DNA from: Octopus sinensis
Lineage: Eukaryota
DNA: 64,000 nt
Direction: 5' to 3'
NCBI RefSeq assembly: GCF_006345805.1
Contig: NC_043004.1
Location: 27,962,001 to 28,026,000, forward strand
The notes under the pieces are model-generated. The model had not been told where the DNA came from. It saw only the letters and a program-made list of their open reading frames with translations, and did no database searches. Shown one piece after another: positions 1 to 13,941 of this stretch; within the stretch, counting starts at the first letter, position 1, and each line of letters opens with the position of its first letter. Position numbers and translations under genes: made by a program.

Positions 1-120
1 AAATAATCAATGAATGAATGAATGAATCTAATCTATCTATCTATCTATCTATCTACCCATCTATCTCTATAATTAGTAAATAAGTCAGACATGTGTATAT
101 ACGTGCAACATATATGATAT

Positions 121-477
121 GTAAAAAAAAAAATGTAAAAGACCCCCTTCGGTCATGAATGACCATGGATTGCACCTAGAAAGTTTACCCTCCTAGACAT
201 AAGTCTGGGCAAGTTGTTTATGGAAGACCCAGCAGTCGCCCATGCATACAACAGCCTCCCCTCTCCACGCCACCAGTGTTATCCAAGGGAAAGACAAAGG
301 TCGAATACAGCTTGGCACCAGTGACGTTCCCGCAACTCTTTCTACAGCTGATGAACTGGAGCAACGTGAAATAAAGTGCCTTGCTCAAGAACACAAAACA
401 CGCGCCCGGTCCGGGGATTCGAGCTCACACCTCACGATCGTAAGCTCGACGCTCTAACCACTGAGCCATGCGCCTTC
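121..477 (-). mobile_element. tRNA-derived SINE, family C, with TSD
   Basis: Minus strand begins GAAGGCGCATGGCTCAGTGGTTAGAGC (A box) and has a B-box-like GCTCGAATCC. Flanked by ACATATATGATAT at 108-120 and 478-490. Homologous to 26002-26340. Confidence 0.85.
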
Positions 478-724
478 ACATATATGATATATGGTATATG
501 TTATATGTATACCATAATATATGATATATGGTATATGATATATGTATATTTTTATATATCATATGGATTACGATTAAATACTTTAACTATAGAATACATG
601 TAATACATATACACTCATGCGTACATGTGAGACTATCTTATGCTTGCATATGCATGTATGTAGTATGTATGTATGTATGTATGTATGTATGTATGTATGT
701 ATGTATGTATGTATGTATGTATGT

Positions 725-1620
725 CATTGTTCAGTTTAATTTCAAGATTTCTTGCTAATAGAGGAAGAGCCGGTTTCTAACCTAGATCCAAAGCTCCTTT
801 ATTGGAATTTCAACATCAACAATAGGGCATTTTTGTTTGTATGTATGTATGTATTTTTGTATGTATGTATGTATGCATATCTGTAGATATGTAAGTCTTT
901 TTAATGTATGTATTCTCATGCATATAGTTGCATATGTAGACATGCTCATATAGATATTTAAATGATAAACTTCTAGAAAATATTGCAGATTTTTACAGTT
1001 CCAGTGATGGAGTGGTCTTCGAAATAGCTTTCTCCTTTCTGGTTTCTTAAGTTCTTAATTTCTCATTATTGGTATTTAGGCAGTGTGTTACATATCCCAG
1101 GGCCCCAATAATTACAGGTATAAACCTAAACTTGTAATCTGGATAGATTAACAGCAGATTTCTCAATACTTCAGGGTAGATATTCTTTTTTTCACTGATC
1201 TTCAGCTTTATGCTAACATTCGCTAATTTCCAAAACTGTACACAGTTTCTCTTCTCCATCTCAAATCATTATATCAAGTCTGTTGTGCTAAGATTTTATC
1301 GAGGTCTTCACTGGGACATTCCACTAGTAATCCTTTTTATTACAAATGGTTATAGCTTCCGTCATACTGTGGGTTCTTTCTTCGTCCTCGGGATTATCCT
1401 TATGACGGATTCATTACAAAGTTATAGGGTTATCCTTCTGACGGTTTTCATTACAACATTATGTCTCATCGGTAGATATCATACTTACGATGTGGGTGAG
1501 ACATCTTCGGTGTTAACTCCACAAAGGCTGCATCGGTTGTCACATTTTACTGTTTTTCCTCCATCTCTAACACTTTTGTGCATCAGGTATTTTGTGGATA
1601 TTTACTTTTTCTGAATTGTA
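725..1620 (-). mobile_element. 5'-truncated RLE-type non-LTR retrotransposon (R4/Dong-like) C-terminus and 3' UTR within (TATG)n
   Basis: Minus frames give CxxC knuckle-like CSLCGVNTEDV, then YLPMRHNVV and KNIYPEVLRNLLLIYPDYKFRFIPVIIGALG, typical of RLE C-termini. (TATG)n on both sides. Confidence 0.7.
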
Positions 1621-1621
<1 letters not shown>

Positions 1622-1651
<30 letters not shown>

Positions 1652-1810
1652 TGTATGTATGTATGTATGTATGTATGTATGTATGTATGTGTGTATGCAT
1701 GTATGTATGTATGTATGTATGTATGTGTGTATGCATGTATGTGTGTGTGTATGTATGTATGTGTTTATGTATGTATGCATGTATATGTGTATATATGTAT
1801 GTATATATGT
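1622..1810. repeat. (TATG)n microsatellite
   Basis: Direct tandem repeat; explains the overlapping MYVC ORFs. Confidence 0.95.
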
Positions 1811-2001
1811 AAGTCTAAATATATATATATATATTTCGTTTTTGGATTTGGTTTGCAAGATTCTTTATATGAGTTCGAAAAGGTTGCAACACGCAACGAA
1901 AATTTTTGGAGAATAAAAATAAGAAAAGTGGATATTTTACGGTGAGTGTGTTAAATAATAAGGCACAAAAAGAAAATGATGACTCTCCCCAGACACAACA
2001 G

Positions 2002-2073
<72 letters not shown>

Positions 2074-2489
2074 ATATATATATCATATAGAATCGTTACT
2101 TTTCCGTGAGGTTTAAGATCACTAAAACAAAATGTACTCCATTCAGCCTAAGTTTTTGAAAGGCATTAGGCGTGTTATTAAAACCTGCTTAGAAATAGAT
2201 CTTCAATGTAGGAAACCACTCGTAGTTCAAAACTATATGCTGTGTATACTAAGTAATAGATACACTCACACACACACACACACACATTTATATTAGATTG
2301 GTAAAAATGTGACATTGATCTATATATAGACATAGATGTATATTCACTATATTTTAGAAGGATCAGTTTGTGAGTAATTTCAAAGTTTCGGCCTGTTTAG
2401 CACTCATCAGACTGTATATATCAGATAAAGTGTAACAGACTAAAACTTCGAAGTCTTATTATAAATATATATATATATATATAATATAT

Positions 2490-2534
<45 letters not shown>

Positions 2535-2754
2535 TATAATATATATATGTGTGTGTTTGTGTGTGTGTGTGTAATATTATATATTATATATAATATATAT
2601 ATATATATATATTTAAATATGTATATACTAAACTACCATATACATAAAATCAAAGTAAGACCTAGAATATTGATAATATATAGTATACACTTATATACGA
2701 GGCGTGAGAGCAATTTTCCATGTATGTATCTGTCTCCCAGTGTCTCTCTTTCTG

Positions 2755-2758
2755 TCTG

Positions 2759-2823
<65 letters not shown>

Positions 2824-2840
2824 ATATCTATCTATCTATA

Positions 2841-2884
<44 letters not shown>

Positions 2885-2985
2885 AATCTATCTATCTATC
2901 TGTCTATCTATCTATCTATCTATCTATCTATCAATCTATCTATCTATCTGTCTATCTATCTATCTATCTATCTCTCTGTCTATTT
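2755..2985. repeat. (TATC)n microsatellite
   Basis: Direct tandem repeat. Confidence 0.95.
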
Positions 2986-3619
2986 GCATATATGCAAAAT
3001 ATTGAACCCGTATATATATTATATATATTATAATATAAAATAAGAAAATGGAGAAATAAACATCGAATCAAATCTCAATTACCAGATATACTCAATCACA
3101 TACTTTATTAAACCACTACATAAGAAACTATAAGGTTGAACATAATAATGCGGGTAAAGCAGCGGACATGAAGGAGTGTACATAAAATAGTAATGTTATA
3201 CAATATTAGAATACGTATAATAGAACATAAATATAAGTACACATAAATATAAATATAATATAATACAAATATAAATATAATATATAATATATATACATAT
3301 AATATATATGATAATATATTATAGCATGTGCTTATATATAATATATATATATATCTATATATATATATAATATCTATAATATATGCATATGTATATGTAA
3401 TATCTACCTACATGTGTAGATATAAATGTAGTGTGTATTAGTGATTGGGGAGCGACCTTAACACGACCATACCGAACAATATTGCATCTATATATATTCA
3501 AAAAGCATCTATATATATATATAATATATAATCTATATATATATATATATATATAGTATATATGTATATATATATATACATACATCACATATATACATAC
3601 ACATATGTATATGGGAGAT

Positions 3620-4248
3620 TTCAGAGTGTACCGAGAGTGATAAAAATCAAACTGCTAGTCAACATAGTGTTTGGAGTGACCACTAGTGACGCCGATGCCC
3701 TGCCTCCATTTATCTTCCCACACGGCAACACATTCGACACGTGGGCCTACATCAGGTGCCTGGAGGACATAGTGCTGTCCTGGGGCAAGAGGGTGGCTGC
3801 TGGAAGACCCTATGTCTGGCAAGAGGACTCTGCACCATGCCACACAAGCAGGAGTTCCCAGTCATGGCAGTCAGACAATTTCTGCGCCCACATCATCCTT
3901 ATTAACTGGCTACCTAACTGCCCAGGCTGCAAGCCCATTGATTAACGTGTATGGGGCGTAGTTGAGCCGGAGACCCACAAAACTCCTTGTAACATCAAAG
4001 ATGAGCTGAAAGCAAGGATTATGGCAGCATTCACCAAGTTAAACAAGGAGACGATCCAGAAGAGTTGCAGGAGATTCCGAAGACGTCTGGAAGCCGGGGT
4101 TGAATCCAATGACTATCGTATTGAATAAATTTACTCTGTAGCATTTCAAAATATTTTAATGTAATTTTGGTAAATATATCTGTTAAAATGAGATGTCAGT
4201 GTCATTTTCATTTTTGTGTATTTTAGACGATAATTCATTCCCCGCACT
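3620..4248 (+). mobile_element. maT (DD37D) Tc1/mariner transposase 3' relic
   Basis: VFGVTTSD...PPFIFP and YVWQEDSAPCH...WLPNCPGCKPID, with 37 residues between the 2nd and 3rd catalytic D. Stop at 3943-3945, then homologous VWGVVE...KDELKARIMAAF...RRLEA. Confidence 0.85.
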
Positions 4249-4785
4249 TAGTGTGTGTGCGTGTATATATATATGTGTGTGTATGTATGTATGAGTGAAT
4301 GTATATATGTATATATATATATATATATATAATATATTATATTCTATTCACTCATATAGTACAATAAATATATATATATATATACACACACACATATATA
4401 TATAAAATATATGTGTGTGTGTGTGTGTGTATATGCGTATGAATACATGCATATATATATATATGTATAGACATACATCTATAGATACATATATAAATAT
4501 ATAAATATATATGTGTATGTATACAAATATATGTGTATGTAGAAATATATGTGTTTGCTCACACACACGCACACACATTTAGGAAGTGTGAGGAGGGGAG
4601 ACAGAAGACTTATATATGTAGATATATATATACATGTATATATATGTAGGCACACACAAATATGTAAATATATATGTATATATATCCATAAATATATGTT
4701 CTAAAATATTTCACAGCCCTAGATTTTTTATTTCATTCTGAAAAAAAAATTCTTATGTATATTTATATGCATAAATGTATGAATA

Positions 4786-4848
<63 letters not shown>

Positions 4849-5482
4849 ATGTGTGTGTGTGTGTATTGAAGATAAAAGAAAACAAAACCAAAGCAGATCA
4901 TTTAGAATAATTAATTAGAATAAAGATGAATTTAAAAAGGAGAAAAAGAACTTACTTCTAATTCACCTTCTATTTCTCCTTTTCTGATTCATGTTTTCTC
5001 TAATTAAATATTCTAAATGACATGAGATGCTCATCCCACCTCGTTTTTTTTTGTTTTGTTTTCCTTTTCTTTTGATATGTACCCGCTGATTCAGAAGTCT
5101 ACTACGGATCCCTAACACCAACCCTCGGTTGTGAACTTGGAACCTGACGGATAACCAATTATAACACTTACGTAGCGTGCCTGTGAGTTTGAAAGATACA
5201 CTCATATTCTCTCTCTCAATATATATGTATATATATATATATATATATTATATATCTATATATATATATAATATATATATATATATATCTATATATATAT
5301 ATATATATAATACATATATACATATATATACATATGTATTGTGTGTTCGTGTATGGCTATGTATATATATATTTATATATATATATATATATATCGGATT
5401 TCTATGGATGGACCATACAAAATTCTGGTGCCTCTGACTTAAGTACCATATTCATTTGAATCTAAATTTTGTTGAAACTTAT

Positions 5483-5560
<78 letters not shown>

Positions 5561-5769
5561 ATATATATATATATATACATATATACATATATACATATAT
5601 ACATATATATCATATATATGTATATATATAAATACACACACATATATATACGCGCTCGCGCATATGTATATTATATAAATATATCTATATATATATATTA
5701 TATATATATATATATATAAATATAATATATTACAGTTTCGAGCTAAATTGTAGCAAAGAGGACTGGAGA

Positions 5770-6665
5770 CCATCTGAATATCGGAAAAGAACCACCTGTA
5801 TTATGATGGTTCGCGCCGGGTATCAAAATGCAGATATCGTGAATGTTAATCAATGTTGTATGAACACTTTAAAAGCTGTATGACGTGACATAGCTACTAC
5901 GGAGTCTGCGAACCGGTGGCTAGCAGAAAGGAGCTAACTGCGTCAGCGTGCCGGGCTTCACCTAGCAAGTGATAAAGAGAGTCTTAGGTTCAATTCAGAC
6001 GGTTGCTGGAGTCTGAGATCAATCACAGTCTGACGAGAGTTTGACCAAACAGGTGTGGTAGCAAGATTCGCTTCCTTGCCTAACTTTTGGAAAGAGTCGC
6101 ATGTGGTTGTCGGAGAATTTCTACGACTTCACCAGCCATAATTGCTTGCCTTCTAATTTTCTCGATTGTAATCCCATGGGTAACTCCGTGTGAGGTGCAG
6201 TTGAGAAAGACACTAATCACTCTGCCAGCAACACCGGAGGCGCAACCCCTGTTGTACTCTTTCGCCCCAACTTTCTCTCACTCTTTCTTCCTGTTTCTTG
6301 TCCCCGACTTCCTACGCAACCGCTGAGCCTTGATGCGCATTCATCCATCCGACGATGCTCTCGGTGTCGGGGGTTGACCTGCTTTCTCTTCTGCGGGTCT
6401 TACGAATAGCAAAAGGACCAAGTTTCGGACCGCACGGACTGGACTGCTCAGCAGCAACAGCAACGCCAAGGCCGAACTGGTGGAGAGTCTTCCTCTAAAC
6501 ACAGTAAGCAACGCATACACCAGGTATCAGAGCCCTCTTCAGGCCATGGTGGAAGTTGAGAGTGACTACTTTGGGTAAATTATTATCTCCCAGCTATAAT
6601 CTTGTTGATATATTTTGAGTTTTTTAAAACAGTTATTGAACTGTCAAATTTATTCCGACCAACCT
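5770..6665 (+). mobile_element. Degenerate maT-like transposon relic interrupted by a ~225-bp insertion
   Basis: Fragments VW*QDSLPC, PSNFLDCNPM, GAVEKDTN, and after the insertion NAKAEL...LQAMVEVESDYFG*. Parallels 3620-4248. Confidence 0.65.
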
Positions 6666-6977
6666 CCACACAATTATTCGTTAATTCAGATTGACTGGAT
6701 TGACTGCAAAACACACCCGAAGCCATATTTGTCGCCAGGTGATACTTAAAATTCCCATCCATCGATAAAACAGATTTTCTCCTTTACTCTCAGTTATAAC
6801 TCCAGAAGTAGGTGAATTTTTATGGTTATTCTTAAAACCCTTGAATATGACTACCGTTTGACCGAGAAATATCTAAAATAACCCTGTTTATACACCTACT
6901 TTATAGGTCGCACGCACACAGATACACACGCGCACGTGCACACACACACCACACACACATATATTTATATATATATA

Positions 6978-8103
6978 CTAGCTTAAGGTGACCCGCTCTA
7001 CGCGCGAGTAAGAGTGTGGTTGTTACTTTCTGTTGCTTCCTTTCGGTACGTAAAAAGCACCATCCGAACGTGGCCGATGGCAGCGCCGCCTTGACTGGCT
7101 TCTGTGCCGGTGGCACGTAAAAAGCACCAACCGATCATGGCCGCTGCCAGCCCCCCTGGCACCTGTGCCGGTGGTACGAAAAAAGCACCCACTACACTCA
7201 CGGAGTGGTTGGCGTTAGGAAGAAGCCTGGTGCAGCCTCCTGGCTTCGCAGACCCCGGTCAAACTGTCCAACTCGTGCTAGCACGGAAAACGGACGTTAA
7301 ACGATGATGATGATGATGATTCTCCCTGTTTGTTTCTCTCTCCTTTCTCTCTCACTTTCCCACTCTCTTACTTTTCTTTTCTCTCGGACTCTCCCTCGCT
7401 TTCTCTTACTCTCTATCTTTATCTATCTCTCTCCCATTATATAAACAACAAAAGATCTTGAGTAAGTTGAGAATAAAAATTTTGGAAGATCAATCATAAA
7501 TATCAGGCAGAGTGACAACGGAAAGGTCTGCTTCAAGGCAGACAGCAAAACACTAACATTTAAAAGGGACGACGAACTTGCGAGCTGAATAAAAATAATA
7601 AAATATTGAAAACCAAAGTTTGAAGGGATAGAATCTGAGGATAGTAGAGTCACATGGCTGGCATTTCCTTAACGACGGACAGCAACGTATTGATAGTTTA
7701 ACGGTGGCGTAAAATTTGAATTGATGTAAAGAAAATTCCTAACACCAGTTTTGAATGATTCTTTCTCACCACAGTAGACTCACCATGGCAAGCATTCAAA
7801 ACTTCTTCATCATGGAAGGCAGACATTGACGATAAAAGCTTGATGTAACAGAGAATTCCTAAACACCCGCTCCTGTAAATTTTAATCTCCTTCCGCCTCA
7901 TTTATACCCCTTTTCACATTTTGGTTAATATACCCGATTTCATTCGGGTCTACTGGGGCCACATTTTATAAGATGAGGAATGTTGTTCCTAGAGGGTCAC
8001 GCCTTTCATTTGAGGAAAAATAGTTGTCATGCACACTTGCCAGCACTTTTAACATAGGTGGGCTATTTCAGCTCAACCGACCACATAATGCACACATTAT
8101 ATA

Positions 8104-8148
<45 letters not shown>

Positions 8149-8992
8149 TATATAATATATATATATTACTATATTATATATAATAATATATCTATTATAT
8201 TATATATATATATATATACATGTGTGTATGTGTGTGTGTTGTGTGTGTGTACGCATTATCATTATATATACAAATGTATACAAAATATATAAAAATAAAA
8301 TTAAAATTATTAATTTATATTTATAATTTTAAAATATATATATATAACTATCAAATGTATTAAAAAGTTTAATATACATAAATACAGATATATACACTCT
8401 GTATATATACATTATATATACATATTTATATATAGAACACACACACACACACACAGACACACACAGACAGACACACATATATATATAAATTAACCCAATA
8501 AATATCTGATACATAATATTTGTTCTCATGATTGTGTGGTGGATGTGGCGATGATAATTCTCTCTATGAATGCAGACAGACGTAGAGAGAGAGTGTGTGT
8601 GTGAAAGCGCTGTCGAAGGCGGGGTGGGGGAGATATATAACGCTGTGAAACGACGTTATAAAGAGAAAGTGAAGGTAAGGGAGTTAGACGCTGTGAAAAG
8701 ACGTTATATATAGAAAGTAATGGGAAGGGAGGAAAGAGAATGAGTGATGGAGGAAGACAGATACATAAAAGAATGAGAGTAGACTTGTCAAAGTGCGTTT
8801 TTGGCCCTAGAAACGACAACTTTTAAGATGGGGATTTCTAACCTAGCTCACTCGCATCCTCATCTCATTTTACATGTCCTTGTAAATTTTGGAGTCAATC
8901 CGACGGGATCTAGTGGCCTTTAACCCGTTCTCAATGCCAAAACCAGGCAAACAAACAAACTTTTCGCATTTCAGATTTATAATATAGAGAGA
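6978..8992 (-). mobile_element. Non-autonomous Helitron with nested repeats
   Basis: Minus strand starts TC (TCTCTCTATATTATAAATCTG...GTTTGTTTGTTTG). It ends with the hairpin ACTCGC-GCGTAGA-GCGGGT about 10 nt before CTAG (6978-6981). Inserted between A and T with no TSD. Confidence 0.7.
7050..7320 (+). mobile_element. SINE/LINE 3' fragment with (GAT)n tail
   Basis: Internal repeats GTGCCGGTGGYACGWAAAAGCACC; ends GTTAAACGATGATGATGATGAT. Confidence 0.6.
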
Positions 8993-9050
8993 TGTATGTA
9001 TATATATATGTATATGTGCATAAATATGTATACACATTATGTATGTATAT

Positions 9051-9254
9051 TTACTCTTTTACTTGTTTCAGTCATTTGACTACGGCCTTGCTGGAGCACT
9101 GCTTTTAGTAGAACATATCGACCCCAGGATTCATTCTTTGTAAGCCTAGTACTTATTCTATCGGTCTGTTTTGCCTAACCGCTAAGTTACGGGGACATAA
9201 ACACACCAATATCGGTTGTCAAGCGATGGTGAGGGGACAAGCAAAGACACACAA

Positions 9255-9297
<43 letters not shown>

Positions 9298-9465
9298 CAT
9301 ACAGGATGGGTTTCTTTCAGTTTCCGTCTACCAAATCCACTCACAAAGCTTTACTCCGCTGAAGCTAGAGTAGAAGATACTTGCCCAAGGTGCCACGCAG
9401 TGGAACTGAATTCGGAACCATGTGGTTGGGAAGCAGGCTTCATACTACGCAGCCACTCTTGCGCC

Positions 9466-9466
<1 letters not shown>
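9051..9466 (-). mobile_element. tRNA-derived SINE, family B
   Basis: Reverse-complement homologue of 31431-31823, with an internal (CA)n. Confidence 0.85.
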
Positions 9467-9509
<43 letters not shown>

Positions 9510-10067
9510 CCCCTCATTTTCAACCTCTCCACCCTACCCTTCCAGCTAGATCCCACCACTCACCCCATTTCCCACCTTTGCCCTCCTTTAAACGCAGCCG
9601 TAACCTAAGCGATCTACTGGTCCGTAGCACCTTCCCCTCTTCTATCCCAGGCCCAGCGGATCTTTTCCTTACTCTAGATCCTGCTGTCACACTTGCCCTT
9701 TTATCACCAACACCCCTCCCACACTATATCCAACCAGCACACCCTCCACATTAGAAACTCCTTCTCATGCACTTCTTACAGACTTATCTATTGCATTCGA
9801 TGTAATCTCTGCAATAAACTCTTCGTTGCTCAGACGGGTCACCGACTGGCCGACCGGTTCACGGAACGTCTACGAGATATTCGGCTATGTACGAACAAAC
9901 TCGTCGCCCGTCATTTCCGCTCAGCCAACCACACCACCTCTAATGTCTCCGTTTTTAGACTCGCCCTACACAGATCCACACACTCCCGACTCCGCCTGGA
10001 ACAGCATTACATTTTCAGTCTACAAACGCAAACTCCTTTCGCTCTCAACACAACCCCGTCCTCTTAA
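9510..10067 (+). pseudogene. Penelope-like element GIY-YIG endonuclease relic
   Basis: FKRSRNLSDLLVRS; FSCTSYRLIYCIRCNLCNKLFVAQTGHRLADRFTE...VARHF...LEQHYIFSLQTQTPFALN, matching the PLE GIY-YIG (Uri) domain pattern. Confidence 0.85.
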
Positions 10068-10374
10068 CGACTTTCTCTACACCTTCCTTAAAAGCAACTT
10101 TTTATTTCATTTTATCCTATCTTATATTCACTCACTTTTTTTTTACACTGTTATTCTTTTTGTCGAATTAAAAATACTTAATTGCATTATTAAATTTTCT
10201 TAATAATTGTATTAATTTCTATTTTATCCCTTTAATTTTAATTTTTAAATTTTTAATCTTTTATCTGTTATTTTTGTATTTATTTTTCATCTTTTATTCA
10301 TTAATTTTATTTCTTCATCTTGTACCTTTCCCCTTTTTCCCCTTTTTTAAAAATTTTATCTTGTTTCTGTATAC

Positions 10375-11055
10375 ACGCACACATACATACACATACGAAC
10401 ATATACACACTCACGCACACATATACGCACACGCGCCCACATGAACGCACATATATCTCCCACACACCATGCACACACACAACACACACATACATGCACA
10501 CACATACATACATGCACACACACATACATACACGCATACACACGCACATACACACGCACACACACACGCATACACGCGCGTACACACATACGCATATACA
10601 TCCACACACACAACCCCACGCACACACTCACATACACACACGCTCATACACACACACATACATTCACACGCAAACAAATATACACACACGCACACATATA
10701 CGCACTCGCACACACATGAATGCACATATACCTTACACATACCTCCCATACACACCACACACACACACATACACAACACACGCACACACCACACACACAT
10801 ACAGAACACACACATATACACGCGTACACACACACGTACACATGTGCACAACACATACACATACGCACGCACACACACATACACACACGTACATACACGC
10901 ACAGGAATGCACATATAGCTAACACACACAACCCCACGCACACATACATACACACACGCACATACACACACATACACACGCACACACATACACACGTACC
11001 CCGCACACAGCATATAGATACACGCACACGCATACATACACACGAACACATATAC
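10375..11055. repeat. Degenerate (CA)n-rich low-complexity tract
   Basis: CA/CACA/CATA variants; source of the His/Thr and Cys/Val pseudo-ORFs. Confidence 0.9.
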
Positions 11056-11560
11056 TTCAAACTGACAGTCAAACCCCTTTCTACTGACCGTTCATCTACG
11101 CTCATGGGAAGAAGTACACAAACGATCACCAATCCTGTTACCATGTTGCTGAGTTCTTCCTACAACGTTAAGAGCCACAAAGTTCATTCACACATACACA
11201 TATAAACAGCCAACACCACACATGCACACAGAGACAGACTTGCACTTGCGCACATACCCACACATACACACAGATACCTCCTTCGCTTACACTCTCCTGT
11301 CATAGAAAGAACTTTTTCTTCACCCATTCTCTTCCGGTCATTTCAAAATGTAACCACATGTAGATCGTTGGCGATTTCTTCCACCGTCTTCCTTTTCTCT
11401 TGGATTTTCTTCCGTCTCCTTTTTCTGACGAAGAGCTTTGCTCGAAACATAAACTACCTTTCTTTCCTTCCCTGAGTATCTGCTAATACTTGGGATGTGC
11501 CACGTCCACGCTTTGTTTCTTTTTTTCTTGCTGTGTTTGCTCTTCGTTCTTTTTATCATA
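11055..11560 (+). mobile_element. Penelope-like terminal region (pLTR), family P1
   Basis: Homologous to 14690-15172 and, inverted, to 36079-36290. Contains an HHR core and ends at (TA)n. Lies downstream of the GIY-YIG relic. Confidence 0.65.
11421..11454 (+). ncRNA. Minimal hammerhead ribozyme motif (degenerate)
   Basis: CTGACGA-A-GAGC-TTT-GCTC-GAAAC-ATA; the cleavage-triplet G is replaced by A relative to sibling copies. Confidence 0.55.
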
Positions 11561-11755
11561 TATATATATTTATATGTATATATTTTTAATAATATATTAT
11601 TATTAATATCAGGAAATCAATATCAGAAAGATATGTATGTAAAATAATTGTTGTATTAAAAATATAAATATGTGCAAAAACAGATGTAAATATGTATAAG
11701 TATAAATATATAATGTGTATGACAGTTTAAAAGTTTTGAATTAAGTATTTAAAGC

Positions 11756-11845
11756 ATCTTACGATCGTTTCACAGAAGTGCTGTCCCTATAATGAAATCC
11801 TATATTGATAAGTATTTAGAGACAACTATTCTGCTCTTCAGAGAT
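11756..11845 (-). ncRNA. Type I hammerhead ribozyme with intact core and long stem II
   Basis: ATCT-CTGAAGA-GCAGAA.TAGTTGTCTCTA...TAGGGACAGC.ACTTCTGT-GAAA-C-GATC-GTA-AGAT. All three stems pair and stem III is the palindrome ACGATCGT. Confidence 0.8.
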
Positions 11846-12770
11846 AAAATTTGAATTTTGTATAACATATCGAACGATAATTTTTTTCTTTTCAATTTGA
11901 AGTAATACTATAAAATGGTGTTTGTGTTTGAAATATAAATTAAAAAATTAAAAATTACTGCTTTTGATGAGAGTTTTAAATCCATATATACTTCCTTGGC
12001 TAGTCTTCCGTAATAATCCATAATATTCATATGTAAAATCCATTATATTGTCCTGTATTCCAAATATAGTTCGTATGCTTAGATGATATAGAATAATGGG
12101 ATCCTGTATTGATAAGCATTTATAAAATAACTCTTCTTCTCTTCAGTAATATCAAATGTGAAATTTGTATATATTTTAATATGAGAATCTTGAAATTCAT
12201 TGATGTCTCCTTGGTAATTCATCTGTTGCAATCCATAATACTTATGTATAAAATCCATTAGACTGTCCGGTAATCCAAATATAGTTCATTATTCCTATTT
12301 ATATGTATATATATGTATAAATATATACACACTAATGTATGTATATGTGTATACACACGCACACACACACACACACAAACATATAATTACGTAGCCGGGT
12401 ACTGAGATTTATTGGTTTTCCCTGCATGGTGTAAACTGTACATGAAATATACATTCCCTGAGGGGCGCTGCACTCATCTGCCGATATTTCACGTGAATTT
12501 TATTATTCTTTCTTTTTTTTTGAGGAGTCCAACGTAGGTCACATATTAGCATGCATATATATAAAAAAAAATTTACAGAATGTGTTAAAAATGCAAGGAT
12601 GTGAAAGATTTCAGAACATTTATAAAGATAAGGTCTTACGCTGCGAGAAAATGTTTAAGCAATAGTTATTCTAGAGAAGAAGTGAAACAGAGAGTGAAGT
12701 GGAGGAATGTTTTCATTCCTCCACTGCATTGCCCTGAAATCCACTGCCTTGGATTTTTATCTCATTCTGT

Positions 12771-12826
<56 letters not shown>

Positions 12827-12947
12827 TAAATAGGTCGCTACATCTTGTTACTTGCGTGAATTTTGCTACCCTGGTAATGTTTATTGAATTTTCCATGTTA
12901 ACGGTAAACAAAGGATAATTCATTCATCCATTTATAATAATATATAC

Positions 12948-13085
12948 AACGGGCTTCTTCCAGTTTCCGTATACAAAACCTACTAACAAGGCTTTGGTCG
13001 GCTCGAGTCTATAGTAGAAGACAATAAACCAATGTGCCACGCAGTGAGACCTTATCTGGTACCATTTGCTTGAGAAGTAAGCTTT
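12948..13085 (-). mobile_element. SINE family B, 5' fragment
   Basis: ACGGGCTTCTTCCAGTTTCCGT...GTGCCACGCAGTG homology. Confidence 0.65.
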
Positions 13086-13374
13086 ATACATACGTACACA
13101 CAGCGCGCACGCACACAGACACATACACACACACAGAGAAATATATGTATAATATAAAAGTTACAAGTATAATTGCAACACACATACGCACAAATAATAA
13201 TAATCAACTACCGCAATAAAGATAAGCAACCACTCAGCAATGATCCTCTGCGTAACGGGTCAACACTTTATATTGTATTCATTCTATGAAAAACCTACAA
13301 CCATGTTATCCATGCAGAACGACAAAAGGTTTGCGATTCTCCCAGAAAATATATATTCAGTGAATACGGGTTTC

Positions 13375-13582
13375 AAATTTTAGCACAAAGGCCAGTAAGT
13401 TCCAGGGGAGGAGTATGCCGATTACATCGACCCAGGGCATAACTGGTACTTATTTTATCGACTCCGAAAGGATGAAAGGCAAACACGACCTTACCGGAAT
13501 TTGAACCGGGGGCGTATAAGAGGACAAAAGCCCCGCTAAACAGTTTGCCAGGAGTATGAACAGCTCTGCAAACATGCCGCCT
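13375..13582 (-). mobile_element. SINE family A, diverged
   Basis: AACTGGTACTTATTTTATCGACTCCGAAAGGATGAAAGGCAAA core. Confidence 0.7.
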
Positions 13583-13901
13583 CATATTCAGTTAATATTA
13601 GATCTAAATATATATATTACGTTAGGTAGAGGAATATTTCTATCTTCCTAGATGAAAGTAGAGACTGTAAGATACGCCTGGAGTTGGTGGGAGGGGTGTG
13701 CTTAGACATAACTGTCACTGTATTTCATGGTTGGGTTAAGACAGGGCCTCAAACATGAGCACCCCTCTAGTTCATGACTGAGGAGAGGGCTGCAAACCTA
13801 TTCGCCCCAACAGACATAACTACACGCACACACACATGCACACACACACACACACACATGCACACACACACACACACATGCACACACACACACACACACA
13901 T

Positions 13902-13941
<40 letters not shown>

